From positions 4,847 to 68,846 of the forward strand of contig CALOFL010000004.1 in the NCBI GenBank assembly GCA_942492615.1: a stretch of DNA of 64,000 nt, in the 5' to 3' direction. How positions within the stretch are numbered: the first letter of the stretch is position 1; every line of letters starts with the position of its first letter. The position numbers were made by a program, and so were the translations under genes. Source of the DNA: Candidatus Krumholzibacteriia bacterium. GTDB lineage: Bacteria; Krumholzibacteriota; Krumholzibacteriia; LZORAL124-64-63. This document shows positions 1 to 9,874 of the stretch, piece by piece. A model generated the notes under the pieces. The model was not told the DNA's origin. It searched no databases and saw nothing but the letters and a program-made list of their open reading frames with translations.

Positions 1-567
1 TAGCAGGAGATGGAACTTGCTACGTTACCCAGGCTTTTTCGTGGAAAATAGCGAAGTACGATACCGAGGGTCGTTCGCTATTCCAAGAGGAGGTTTATGA
101 TCTTGGAGACAATTGGAATAAGCGTATGCAGTTGCGCGCGGTGTCCAGTTCCTCAGACCAACTGTTCCTAGTTTCTGTGGGGCCATCAGGGTCAGGTGGG
201 TCGGTTGAAGATAAGGCGATATCAGGTACTCTCCAATTGGTTCAGGGTGATCTCGTAAGAGTCCTGATGCGGACCGGTGTGCGGATTTCGATCCGGCCAC
301 AATTGATTTTGAATTTAGAAACATTCGAACTCTGGTCCGCGGTTGGGACATTAATTGGTCTGGTGAATTTGTGTGTGTGGCCCCCGATCGTGATTACTCC
401 TTTTAATAGGCAAGCCGGGAAGTACGGAAATGGAAACTGTCAGCTAGAAGGAATGGGGGGCTTTAAATCCTACGGGCGTCAGAGGCGAGTATTTCGACAA
501 TGAGAAACCCCAGCCTGCAGATCCCCAAGCCATTGTTTCCGTCCGTTGGCTAGGTGAGGACCGCCTG

Positions 568-900
568 ATGGTCCAATTTGAGGATCAATATGGCCGAAAA
601 GCGGCAAACTCAGCAGGGACTTTCGAGATTTTCCTAAGAGATGGAACTAGTTTGGGCGGATTTGAGATCCAGTGCCCGTACGACCCGAATCACGATAAGG
701 TTTTCATAAGGGAATCAACGATCGTGGTTATTCAAGGTGGAGAGGTGATCGCAAGGGCTTTTGTTAGGCAGCTATCCGATAATGATGTCAAGAATGACGA
801 TGAGTTTTCCACCCCTCCTCCCGAAGAAATACGGGTACGGTGCTACAACTTTAATTTTTTGGGTATGCAGCATTCGTTATCCAAGAGCAGTTTCAGATAA
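568..900 (+). CDS. hypothetical protein in low-GC region (no recognisable domain)
   Basis: 110-aa ORF in the low-GC left edge; no motif recognised; weak call. Confidence 0.2.
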   Translation: MVQFEDQYGRKAANSAGTFEIFLRDGTSLGGFEIQCPYDPNHDKVFIRESTIVVIQGGEVIARAFVRQLSDNDVKNDDEFSTPPPEEIRVRCYNFNFLGMQHSLSKSSFR

Positions 901-1012
901 CTGGTGTGATTTTGTGGTGGTTATTAAGGAATTTCTTGAATCCCTCCGTCTAAAAGGCATTGAAGCCCGGCAGTAGGCCAGTTGGATTGTTTGTTTAGAA
1001 GGACGAAGTCAA

Positions 1013-1285
1013 ATGAAGAAGTATGGAATGATCGTTCTTGCTGTTGTAACACTAATATTTACAGTTGCCCCACCCTCCGTTGCTCCGGCTGCTCCAGCTC
1101 CAGGTAGTTGTTTGGCAGCAATTACTTCACATTACAATGCCCAGCGGGATTGGAATGACTGCATGGACTATTGGGCGGGAAATGAATGGGTTCACGCTCA
1201 TGACATGTGCAGTACCTTGGAAACTGCCATGGATGCTGCACTTACTGCAATGATTTCGGCTTGTGACTTGGCGTTCACCCAGTAG
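1013..1285 (+). CDS. small secreted four-cysteine protein, paralog 1 (90 aa)
   Basis: RBS GAAGGA upstream of ATG; N-terminal signal peptide (MKKYGMIVLAVVTLIFTVAPPSVAPAAPAP); mature ~60 aa with 4 Cys at spacings 16/14/17; paralogous to ORF 1910..2221; followed by a strong intrinsic terminator. Confidence 0.55.
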   Translation: MKKYGMIVLAVVTLIFTVAPPSVAPAAPAPGSCLAAITSHYNAQRDWNDCMDYWAGNEWVHAHDMCSTLETAMDAALTAMISACDLAFTQ

Positions 1286-1294
1286 GGATTTTTG

Positions 1295-1327
1295 GGCCGC
1301 CGGATCCTACCGGCGGCCGTCGTTTTC
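1295..1327 (+). terminator. rho-independent terminator (GGCCGCCGG-ATCCTA-CCGGCGGCC + T-run)
   Basis: perfect 9-bp GC stem, 6-nt loop, followed by GTCGTTTT; directly after stop of 1013..1285. Confidence 0.5.
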
Positions 1328-1351
1328 CCATCCAACTATTCCTGACAATCC

Positions 1352-1570
1352 CTAATCGAATGCCGCAGTCACAATCTCCCGCCGCATCTTCGCGATGTTC
1401 TCGATCGGGATCTTCTTCGGACATACCGCCTCACACTCGCCATGGTTCGAGCAGTTGCTAAACCCGTCGTCGCCGTTCCGGGCGACCATCCGCAGGGCCC
1501 GCCGCGTCCGCTCGGGCCCGCCCTGAGGGAGGTAAACGAACTGGCCGACCTTCGCGCTCAGGAACAGCGA
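1352..1570 (-). pseudogene. diverged remnant of succinate dehydrogenase Fe-S subunit (sdhB) 3' end, ~72 codons
   Basis: C-terminal part of ORF 1352..1798 (…[72 protein letters not shown]) aligns at ~70% identity (52/72 by eye) to the C-terminus of intact SdhB at 4674..5432; the remnant is high-GC whereas its flanks are low-GC; the upstream part of the ORF has no Sdh similarity. Confidence 0.55.
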
Positions 1571-1850
1571 ACCCGATGGGTTTGGGTAAGTGAGAAAAGA
1601 TGGGGAGATGGTTACCAGCTCCAAATTCAGGCAACTGCACGATAATAATGGCAAAGAATACGCGAATTTTCTGCACCTCCAAGCTATGAAGTTAGAATTC
1701 GCTGCCGCAATTTGGGCGGCATTGGAAGTTTCGAACTGGAACGGGTAGTGGGTTTGAGTGATAGGATGATTGTTTATGAACCCATCTATTAACTTCAATC
1801 AATTTCGTAAATATTTGGAAAATTCCGACAACACAGATGTTGGCTATATT

Positions 1851-1878
1851 CGTTTAGCCGTGTTCGTTTAGCCGTGTC
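1851..1878. repeat. 14-bp tandem direct repeat (CGTTTAGCCGTGTT / CGTTTAGCCGTGTC)
   Basis: two adjacent near-identical 14-mers ~30 bp upstream of the start of the paralog-2 gene; possible regulator binding site or slippage duplication. Confidence 0.5.
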
Positions 1879-1909
1879 CATTGGGCACTAATCGCGTGGA
1901 GGATATGCT

Positions 1910-2221
1910 GTGAAAAAGCTAGGAATTGTCATTTGCACTGTTGCGCTTGTGGTTGTAGCAGTAGTTTCGCCGTCCGAAGCGCCTGCTGCTCCAGGAGGAG
2001 ACTTAGGTATTAACGGATGTGTAATTGCTGTCTCACAGTATTATGCTGCGTATAGTACATGGAGTAGTTGCATGGCCCAATGGGTTGGTAACGTTCCAGG
2101 GGGGCTTACGGGCCTAACGGCCGAAGATATGTGTTTTGATTTTAGTGAAGCCGCAGATGCAGCTCAAAATTATGCGAGCGGGGTCTGCGGTTGGTATGTT
2201 GATTTCGATCAAATGAACTAG
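1910..2221 (+). CDS. small secreted four-cysteine protein, paralog 2 (103 aa)
   Basis: GTG start 5 nt after GGAGGA; signal peptide MKKLGIVICTVALVVVAVVSPSEAPAAP; 4 Cys with spacings 16/19/17; shared motifs with paralog 1 (W..CM..W.GN, DMC, DAA); followed by an intrinsic terminator. Confidence 0.55.
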   Translation: MKKLGIVICTVALVVVAVVSPSEAPAAPGGDLGINGCVIAVSQYYAAYSTWSSCMAQWVGNVPGGLTGLTAEDMCFDFSEAADAAQNYASGVCGWYVDFDQMN

Positions 2222-2238
2222 TTTTTGGATATACGATA

Positions 2239-2275
2239 CGGCCGCCGGATCCCTCCGGCGGCCGTCCTCATTTCT
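2239..2275 (+). terminator. rho-independent terminator (CGGCCGCCGGA-TCCC-TCCGGCGGCCG + T-rich tail)
   Basis: 11-bp GC stem, 4-nt loop, followed by TCCTCATTTCT; the same stem core as the terminator after paralog 1. Confidence 0.5.
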
Positions 2276-2284
2276 AATCAACTA

Positions 2285-2360
2285 TTGCGAACTGGCACCT
2301 ACTTGAACGCCGCCCGCACGAAATCCCGCCGCTTGCGCGCTAAGTCCTCGACCAAGCTCT
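2285..2360 (-). pseudogene. second, shorter remnant of sdhB 3' end (~20 codons)
   Basis: minus-strand translation …ESLVEDLARKRRDFVRAAFK matches the SdhB C-terminus …[21 protein letters not shown]; DNA core TTGAACGCCGCCCGCACGAAATCCCGCCGCTTGCGCGC vs TTGAACGCCGCCCTGACGAACTCCCGCCGCATGCGCGC in intact sdhB. Confidence 0.35.
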
Positions 2361-2417
2361 CCAGGGACACACCGCCCCGCAACCGCCGCGGTCCGCGTCG
2401 ACATCGATGACTCCAGT

Positions 2418-4589
2418 TCACCGCACCGCCCGACTGACCTCGCGCCCCTCCGGATCCCATCGCACTTCCACACCCCGGGGCCGGCCACCCGACATCTCGC
2501 GGTACAGGCTCGGTTCGCCCCCGGGATGCCATTCCGTCCAGATGCCATCGGACACGGGCTGGCCGCGACTGTCGAGGCGAACCTGCACGATCGTGCTGAT
2601 GGCTCCGGAGGGGTGTTTTTCCACGGTGAATTTGGGTGTTTCAAAAGACGCCGCCGCACCACCCAGCTGGCCGCCGACCCGCGCCAGGAGCTCCTTGGTT
2701 TCCGGATGCCCCGGATCGATGGCGCGGGCTTCGAGCAGGTGGGAATAGGCGGCCGGGCCGTGCCCGCGTGACGCCAGGATCCCGCCCAGGATCCGGTGCG
2801 GTGCGTCGCGCTGTTCTCCCTGCCAGTAGACCGCCGCGAACAGCAGGTGGGCGCAGGCGAGTTCCACCTCCGGCGGTTGCCGGTCCAGGGCCCGCAGGCC
2901 GATCCGCCAGTGCGTGTCGGGCATGCCGGGATTGGCATTCAGGGCCAACCGGAAGTAGCGCTTCTCCTGCTCCAGATCACCGGTGGTCGCATACCAGGTG
3001 GCCAGGATGTTGGCCGCGGTCTTGACCGTCAGCGGATCCTCGTGGGGAAACTCCAGGGCCTGCCGGGCGGGACGAACGGCGTCCTCGGTCTTGCCGGACC
3101 ACGCCAGGACGGCCGCCAGGTTGGCCAGGGACCGCGCGCGCTTGGCGGGATCCAGCCGCTGCTCGATATTCTCGCCGGCCGTCCGCAATTGGTCCGGGGT
3201 CAGGCGGGCTGCGGGCAGCCCCGCGGTCGAAAGGACCGTCTGGGCCAGCTCCAGGGCGAGCAGACCATTGGCGCGGATCGTCGGGTGGACGTGATCGAGA
3301 AAAAATTCCTCGCCGGCGATCGCCGAGCCGAGTTCCTCCCGCGCCTTGTCGGCGATGAGCCGCTCGAAATCCACCACCGGCAGGTTCCGGTCCTGGGCGA
3401 CCGTCTCGATGCCGTTCATCATGACCGGTTGGATCCGCAGCGGACAGACATCCTCTTCGAGGGCCCGGTAGAAAGCCGTCCTGGCTTCCTCCTGGCGGCC
3501 CAGTAGCAGCAGGACCCGACCCCGGCGGTAATGGTGGTCCGCGTTGCGCGGATCCAGCGCCAGGGCGCGGTCCAGGTGCGCCAGCGCCGGCTCCAACTGT
3601 CCGGCTGCCAGGGCATCGGCGGCGGATGCGGCAGCGGCCGCGGACCGCGTCAGATCCTCCGCGGACAAGCCGTCGGTCGGCTGGCTCTTGAAGGGTGAAC
3701 AATCCTTGATGTTGACGGCCGGCTTCACGAGGACCATGGCTGCATCACTGCCGGCGGCCAGCCGGGCCATCCGGTCCAGGCTGATCACGAAATGTTCGCG
3801 GATCTGTGCGGCCAGCTTGTCGTCCCGCTGGTACGCTTCGGGCCCGAAATGCTCCAGCAGGGTATCGGCCTCCTCGGCGAGTTCGGCCTTGTCCGCCGGC
3901 GAACCGGGGGAGGTGATTCCCAGACCGTCGAGCAGGGAGTTCATCAGGGCCCAGGTCCGGGTGCGGGCCAGGAGGCCGGATACGGCCCTGACGAAGGCCG
4001 GTGTCGATTTCAGCGTGCGATAGGTGCGCTCTTCGAGAAACTCGTTCTGTCCGGAATAGACGATGAACAGATCGGGCTCGTAGCGGACGAGCTCTTCCAT
4101 CAGGTGGGCCACCCGGTAGCTCGCGTAGCTGACGGCGCCGACGTTGATGACCTCCCAGTCGGTCCCGGGGGCGGCCAGGGGCAGCAGTTCCCTGAGCCAG
4201 CCGGAGAACGAGCTGTTGTCGTCGAACGGCCGCCCGTAGGTGGTGGAACCCCCGAGGCAGAATATCCGATAGGTATTCGGTCCCTTGCGTGCGGGGAAAC
4301 GCTGGGGATTGAACAGCCGCTTGTTGGGGGCGGTCTCCAGGAACTTCGCGCCGGACGGTGCGGTGGTTTCGACAAAGAGGGGGACATTGCCGGCGAACCC
4401 CACGAAGGGATCGTCCTCGACGAGTACGGGCTCGACGCCTGCGGCCAGAAGGACAAGTTCGAGGAGGCCGAAGAACATCCCGACCATCAGGGCGCTCAGC
4501 AGGATCTTCTTCCACACGGGATGGTCGGGGGCGGGTGCATTCCCGTCCGCGGGCGCGCTGGTGTCAAAAAGAAGGCTCATTCGAAACAC
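2418..4589 (-). CDS. membrane-anchored protein with SGNH/GDSL-like hydrolase region and C-terminal TPR-like repeats (723 aa)
   Basis: N-terminal TM helix (LLSALMVGMFFGLLELVLLAAGV); region reminiscent of SGNH-fold (IVYSGQNEF…); several TPR-like helical repeats (ALALDPRNADHHYRRGRVLLLLGRQEEA…); host-like GC. Confidence 0.5.
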   Translation of the reverse strand: MFRMSLLFDTSAPADGNAPAPDHPVWKKILLSALMVGMFFGLLELVLLAAGVEPVLVEDDPFVGFAGNVPLFVETTAPSGAKFLETAPNKRLFNPQRFPARKGPNTYRIFCLGGSTTYGRPFDDNSSFSGWLRELLPLAAPGTDWEVINVGAVSYASYRVAHLMEELVRYEPDLFIVYSGQNEFLEERTYRTLKSTPAFVRAVSGLLARTRTWALMNSLLDGLGITSPGSPADKAELAEEADTLLEHFGPEAYQRDDKLAAQIREHFVISLDRMARLAAGSDAAMVLVKPAVNIKDCSPFKSQPTDGLSAEDLTRSAAAAASAADALAAGQLEPALAHLDRALALDPRNADHHYRRGRVLLLLGRQEEARTAFYRALEEDVCPLRIQPVMMNGIETVAQDRNLPVVDFERLIADKAREELGSAIAGEEFFLDHVHPTIRANGLLALELAQTVLSTAGLPAARLTPDQLRTAGENIEQRLDPAKRARSLANLAAVLAWSGKTEDAVRPARQALEFPHEDPLTVKTAANILATWYATTGDLEQEKRYFRLALNANPGMPDTHWRIGLRALDRQPPEVELACAHLLFAAVYWQGEQRDAPHRILGGILASRGHGPAAYSHLLEARAIDPGHPETKELLARVGGQLGGAAASFETPKFTVEKHPSGAISTIVQVRLDSRGQPVSDGIWTEWHPGGEPSLYREMSGGRPRGVEVRWDPEGREVSRAVR

Positions 4590-4611
4590 CTGTCCCAGTG
4601 CCGGTGTCCAA

Positions 4612-4652
4612 GGAAAAGGCGGCAGACTGGAAGGCCAATCCGCCGCTTTTCC
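4612..4652 (-). terminator. candidate intrinsic terminator downstream of sdhB
   Basis: imperfect GC hairpin (GGAAAAGCGGCGG…CTGCCGCCTTTTCC on minus strand) followed by a T-rich run, between the sdhB stop and the start of the 723-aa gene. Confidence 0.35.
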
Positions 4653-4673
4653 GTGGCCGTTGATAGGGTCATG

Positions 4674-5432
4674 CTACCCCTTGAACGCCGCCCTGACGAA
4701 CTCCCGCCGCATGCGCGCGATGTTCTCGATGGAGATCTCCTTGGGGCAGACCGCCTCGCATTCGCCGTGGTTCGAGCAGTCGCCGAAACCCTCGTCGTCC
4801 ATCTGCCCCACCATCAGCAGGGCCCGCCGCGTGCGCTCGGGCTCGCCCTGGGGCAGCCAGCTGAACTGGCTGATCTTGGCGCTGACAAACAGCGAGGCCG
4901 AAGCGTTGGGGCAGGCGGCCACGCAGGCGCCGCAGCCGATGCAGGCGGCCGCGTCCATGGCCTTGTCGGCGGCGTGCTTGGGGATCAGCTGATCGTTGCC
5001 GTCGGGCGCCGAACCCACGTTCATGGAGACGAAGCCGCCCTTGTTCTGGATCCGGTCGAAGGCCGAACGGTCGACCACCAGGTCCTGCAGGACGGGGAAG
5101 GGGCCGGCGCGGAACGGCTCGACGGTGATGGTGTCGCCGTCGTTGAAACTGCGCATGCGCACCTCGCAGGTGGTGCAGGCGGCATGCGTGCCGTGGGCGA
5201 CGCCGTTGATGACCAGGCCGCAGGTGCCGCAGATGCCCTCGCGGCAGTCGTTGTCGAACTCGACCGCCTTTTCGCCCTTCTTGACGAGGTCCTCGTTCAG
5301 GACATCGAGCATCTCGAGGAAGGACATCAGGGGCAGCACGTTCTCGACCGTGTAGTCGACGAAACGTCCCTTGTCCTGGCCGCGGTCCTGCCGCCATATC
5401 TTCAGATGAATCGTCATTGTCTTGTCGCTCAT
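4674..5432 (-). CDS. sdhB: succinate dehydrogenase / fumarate reductase iron-sulfur subunit
   Basis: 2Fe-2S and 4Fe-4S Cys clusters ([10 protein letters not shown]; [12 protein letters not shown]; [12 protein letters not shown]); operon position after sdhA. Confidence 0.9.
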   Translation of the reverse strand: MSDKTMTIHLKIWRQDRGQDKGRFVDYTVENVLPLMSFLEMLDVLNEDLVKKGEKAVEFDNDCREGICGTCGLVINGVAHGTHAACTTCEVRMRSFNDGDTITVEPFRAGPFPVLQDLVVDRSAFDRIQNKGGFVSMNVGSAPDGNDQLIPKHAADKAMDAAACIGCGACVAACPNASASLFVSAKISQFSWLPQGEPERTRRALLMVGQMDDEGFGDCSNHGECEAVCPKEISIENIARMRREFVRAAFKG

Positions 5433-5447
5433 GGGACCGTCCTTCCT

Positions 5448-7307
<1,860 letters not shown>

Positions 7308-7376
7308 GTGGCGGTCCCACTTGTCGGCCAGCGGGCCGCCGGAATCCTGGGATCGAGTTTGCTGTGGGTCGACATG

Positions 7377-8079
7377 CTAGTGACCTCCCGGCATGGCGTT
7401 CGGATCGCCGAAGAGGAACAGGTAGACGGGCAGGACGATGAAGCCGATCGCCAGCAGCACGGCGAACACCAGGGCGACGCGGACCAGCACCGGCAGGTAC
7501 CTGTCGTTGGCCAGGCCCAGGGACTGGAAGGCGCTCCAGGAGCCGTGCCGCAGGTGCAGGCCCAGCAGGATCATCGCCACCACGGTGAAGATGGTGAAGG
7601 CCGGCCCCTTGAAGACGGTCGCGACGGTCTTGTAGAGGTTCTTCACGCCGTGCTGGTCGACATCGTGGTTGCCGAACTTGAACAGGTAGATGTGGCCGAT
7701 GACGAATACCAGGATGATCGCGCCGGAGTAGATCATCGTACGCGAGGCCAATGTCTTGCGGCTCTTGCCGCCGGCGTTGGCGTTGTACTTGTAGCCCTGC
7801 TGGCGGGCTTTGCGCTTGTCGGTCCAGGCCACGGTGATGGCGGAGATCATGTGGAAAAGGAAGATGATCGAGCAGGCCGACCTCGAAGGCGTAGATGAGC
7901 CAGCCGTGGGCGGCGTTTTCGAGGAAGTGGGCGTACTCGTTGAAGGCGCCGGGGCCGATGAAGATGGTCAGATTACCGAGGAGATGGACGATGACGAATC
8001 CGATGAGAGCGATGCCAGTCAGCCCGGTGATCACCTTCTTTCCGATCGACGACCAGGCGGCCGAACCGATAGAACTCAT
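7377..8079 (-). CDS. sdhC: succinate dehydrogenase cytochrome b subunit, apparently frameshifted
   Basis: membrane N-terminus (MSSIGSAAWSSIGKKVITGLTGIALIGFVIVHLLGNL…, start 8079) in one frame; hydrophobic C-terminal 157 aa (7850..7377) in another; the frame switch lies near 7855-7880 with no stop-free single frame. Confidence 0.6.
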
Positions 8080-8373
8080 GAATTCGCACTCCTGGATTCG
8101 GGTCCGCAGAAGCCTGGGTTGACAGGGCCGATTAGAACATAAGTCGGAGGCCCGGACAGCACAATTTTTGATTTAACAGGTATGGGGGAAAATCATTGGT
8201 GGGTTCGTTTTGCGCCACGGTCAGGGCGCGGGGGGTTGATGCCCGCGGCGATTTGTTCTATAATGATCGGGAAGGCAGTTGGCCCCGTGCGACGCCTTCG
8301 CCCCCCTGAACGATCGCTTGCGTTTCCAGGCGAATATGCAGCCGTTTACTTCTGGTCGTGTCAGGAGAATGCC

Positions 8374-9015
8374 ATGTCCCTATCCTCCTTCAATCCCCTG
8401 GTGAATCGTCGAATCGCGGGCCCCCTGGTCCTTGTTCCCCTGCTGTTCATGCTGGGCGGGTGTTCCCTGTTCGGCATCGCCACCAAGGGCAACCTGAAGG
8501 AATTCTCCGAAGAGCAGGCCGCCCGGGACGAGGCGCAGCAGGCCCAGCTGCAGCAGATGGGCGAGCAGCTGCGCACCGTCGAAAGTGGGCTGCAGGCCAG
8601 CCTGGCGGCGCTGGCGGACGAGAACCGGCTGCGGGACGAGGAGCAGGCCGCGCTGAAAGCCAACATGCAGGCGGCCCAGATCCAGGTCCAGGCCGTGCTC
8701 GCGGACCTGGAATCCCTGGTGGGCGTGGTCGAAGTGGCCCGCGCCGACAGCCGCAGCGCCATCAAGATGCAGCAGGACGAGATCTACGCCGAACGGGAGC
8801 GCCTCCAGCAGCGCGTGGTCGCGCTGGATGCCCTGATCCGCAGCTGGCAGGACGACCAGCCCGGGGCCGTGTCGCAGCAGACGGACCCGGTCATCCTGCG
8901 GTCGCTGGTGCCCGAGCAGCCCGAGCAGACGCTCCGGTCGCCGCGGCGCAACGACGCCACCGACGCTTCCAGCGCCGGCGAGGACGAGACCTCCGTCTGG
9001 AGCCGGAACCGCTAG
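8374..9015 (+). CDS. coiled-coil lipoprotein (hypothetical)
   Basis: internal ATG at 8374 gives a signal peptide plus lipobox (LFMLGGCS); long Q/A/E-rich coiled-coil; the upstream part of ORF 8182 has no plausible start context. Confidence 0.45.
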   Translation: MSLSSFNPLVNRRIAGPLVLVPLLFMLGGCSLFGIATKGNLKEFSEEQAARDEAQQAQLQQMGEQLRTVESGLQASLAALADENRLRDEEQAALKANMQAAQIQVQAVLADLESLVGVVEVARADSRSAIKMQQDEIYAERERLQQRVVALDALIRSWQDDQPGAVSQQTDPVILRSLVPEQPEQTLRSPRRNDATDASSAGEDETSVWSRNR

Positions 9016-9033
9016 GCACCGGCGTCGCATCGG

Positions 9034-9075
9034 AAAAGAAGAGGCCGCGTCCTGCCGGACGCGGCCTTTCTCGTC
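9034..9075. terminator. bidirectional intrinsic terminator between convergent genes
   Basis: AGGCCGCGTCC-TGCC-GGACGCGGCCT hairpin flanked by A-run and T-run. Confidence 0.4.
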
Positions 9076-9091
9076 AAATGGTTGCGGCGCT

Positions 9092-9874
9092 CTACAGAGG
9101 CTGTCCGCACCCGACCAATTCAGTGCCCTCGGCCGCATAGTTGGGGCCGGTGAAGGTCCAGGCGGCGTTGCCCTGGCCGTCGTAGGTGGCGTCCATCCGG
9201 TAGGGGGCCAGGTCGACGAAGGCCGTGCCGCTGGGGCAGCCTTCGGGCTGGATCATCAGGTCCATGCCCCAGGCCATGTGGAATGCGGCCCGTTCGCTCT
9301 GGCTGCCGTTGGACTGGTAGGCCGAGACGTTGGCGTCACCGGTTCCGTCCACGTCGTAGCCGCCGTCCTGGCGGTAGGCGACGAGCATGGTCGTGGCCAT
9401 GTCGAACTCGATGTTGGCCACGACGCCGTCCTCGGCCATGTTCATGGTCATGCCGCTGCCGGCGCGGTATTCCATCTCGGTGGCGCCCACGGACGAGGTC
9501 AGCGGACCTTCGGCGTTGCGGAACTGGATCCAGACCGAAGCCCGGATCTCGCCGGTGGTCGTCGGCGGGTCACCTTCCGAGAGGTCGAGGGTCACATCGT
9601 AGACCCAGGCCATCTGCTGGGGATCCCACTCGGGCTGTTCGCCGGCCTTGGCGAACGTCCCCTGCGTGAAGTCTCCGTCGGAGACGTAGGGGATGTCCGC
9701 GGCCATGGAGTTGATCATATCCAGGGCCTGAACGGCGAATTCTTCGGCCGTTGCCGAATCGACGCTGTTGGTGGTCGTCGGGCTGGCGGGATCATCGCTG
9801 CCGCAGCCGACCAGAGCGAACAGACTGGTGAGCAGCAGGCTCATCAGGACAAATTTGCTGGCATTCCGCATGGT
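9092..9874 (-). other. lipoprotein-like module with its own RBS, ATG, signal peptide and lipobox, in frame with the upstream RND
   Basis: GGAG 8 nt upstream of ATG at 9874; MRNASKFVLMSLLLTSLFALVGCGS lipobox; could be an independent 261-aa gene whose upstream stop was lost. Confidence 0.4.

Noticed and set aside
126-503. 125-aa + ORF and overlapping 108-aa - ORF (25..351) at the left edge as genes
   Set aside because: They overlap each other and have no start context, signal or motif. Either could be real given the foreign-looking DNA, but there is no positive evidence.
1295-2275. The two GGCCGCCGG…CCGGCGGCC hairpins as integron attC-like recombination sites (cassette array hypothesis)
   Set aside because: They are perfect short GC stems followed by T-runs immediately after stop codons, which is a textbook intrinsic terminator. 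No extrahelical bases, no R''/L'' core sites (GTTRRRY) and no intI or attI were seen. Kept only as terminators.
1-2400. A tRNA gene as the island integration target
   Set aside because: No cloverleaf-compatible sequence or GTTCGAATC-like T-arm was found in or flanking the low-GC segments. The only duplicated target-like sequence is the sdhB 3' end.
8182-9015. 277-aa ORF start at 8182 for the coiled-coil lipoprotein
   Set aside because: The first 64 codons lack a signal peptide and read as GC-rich junk (…GRGGLMPAAICSIMIGKAVGPVRRLRPPERS…). The internal ATG at 8374 gives a canonical signal peptide plus lipobox.
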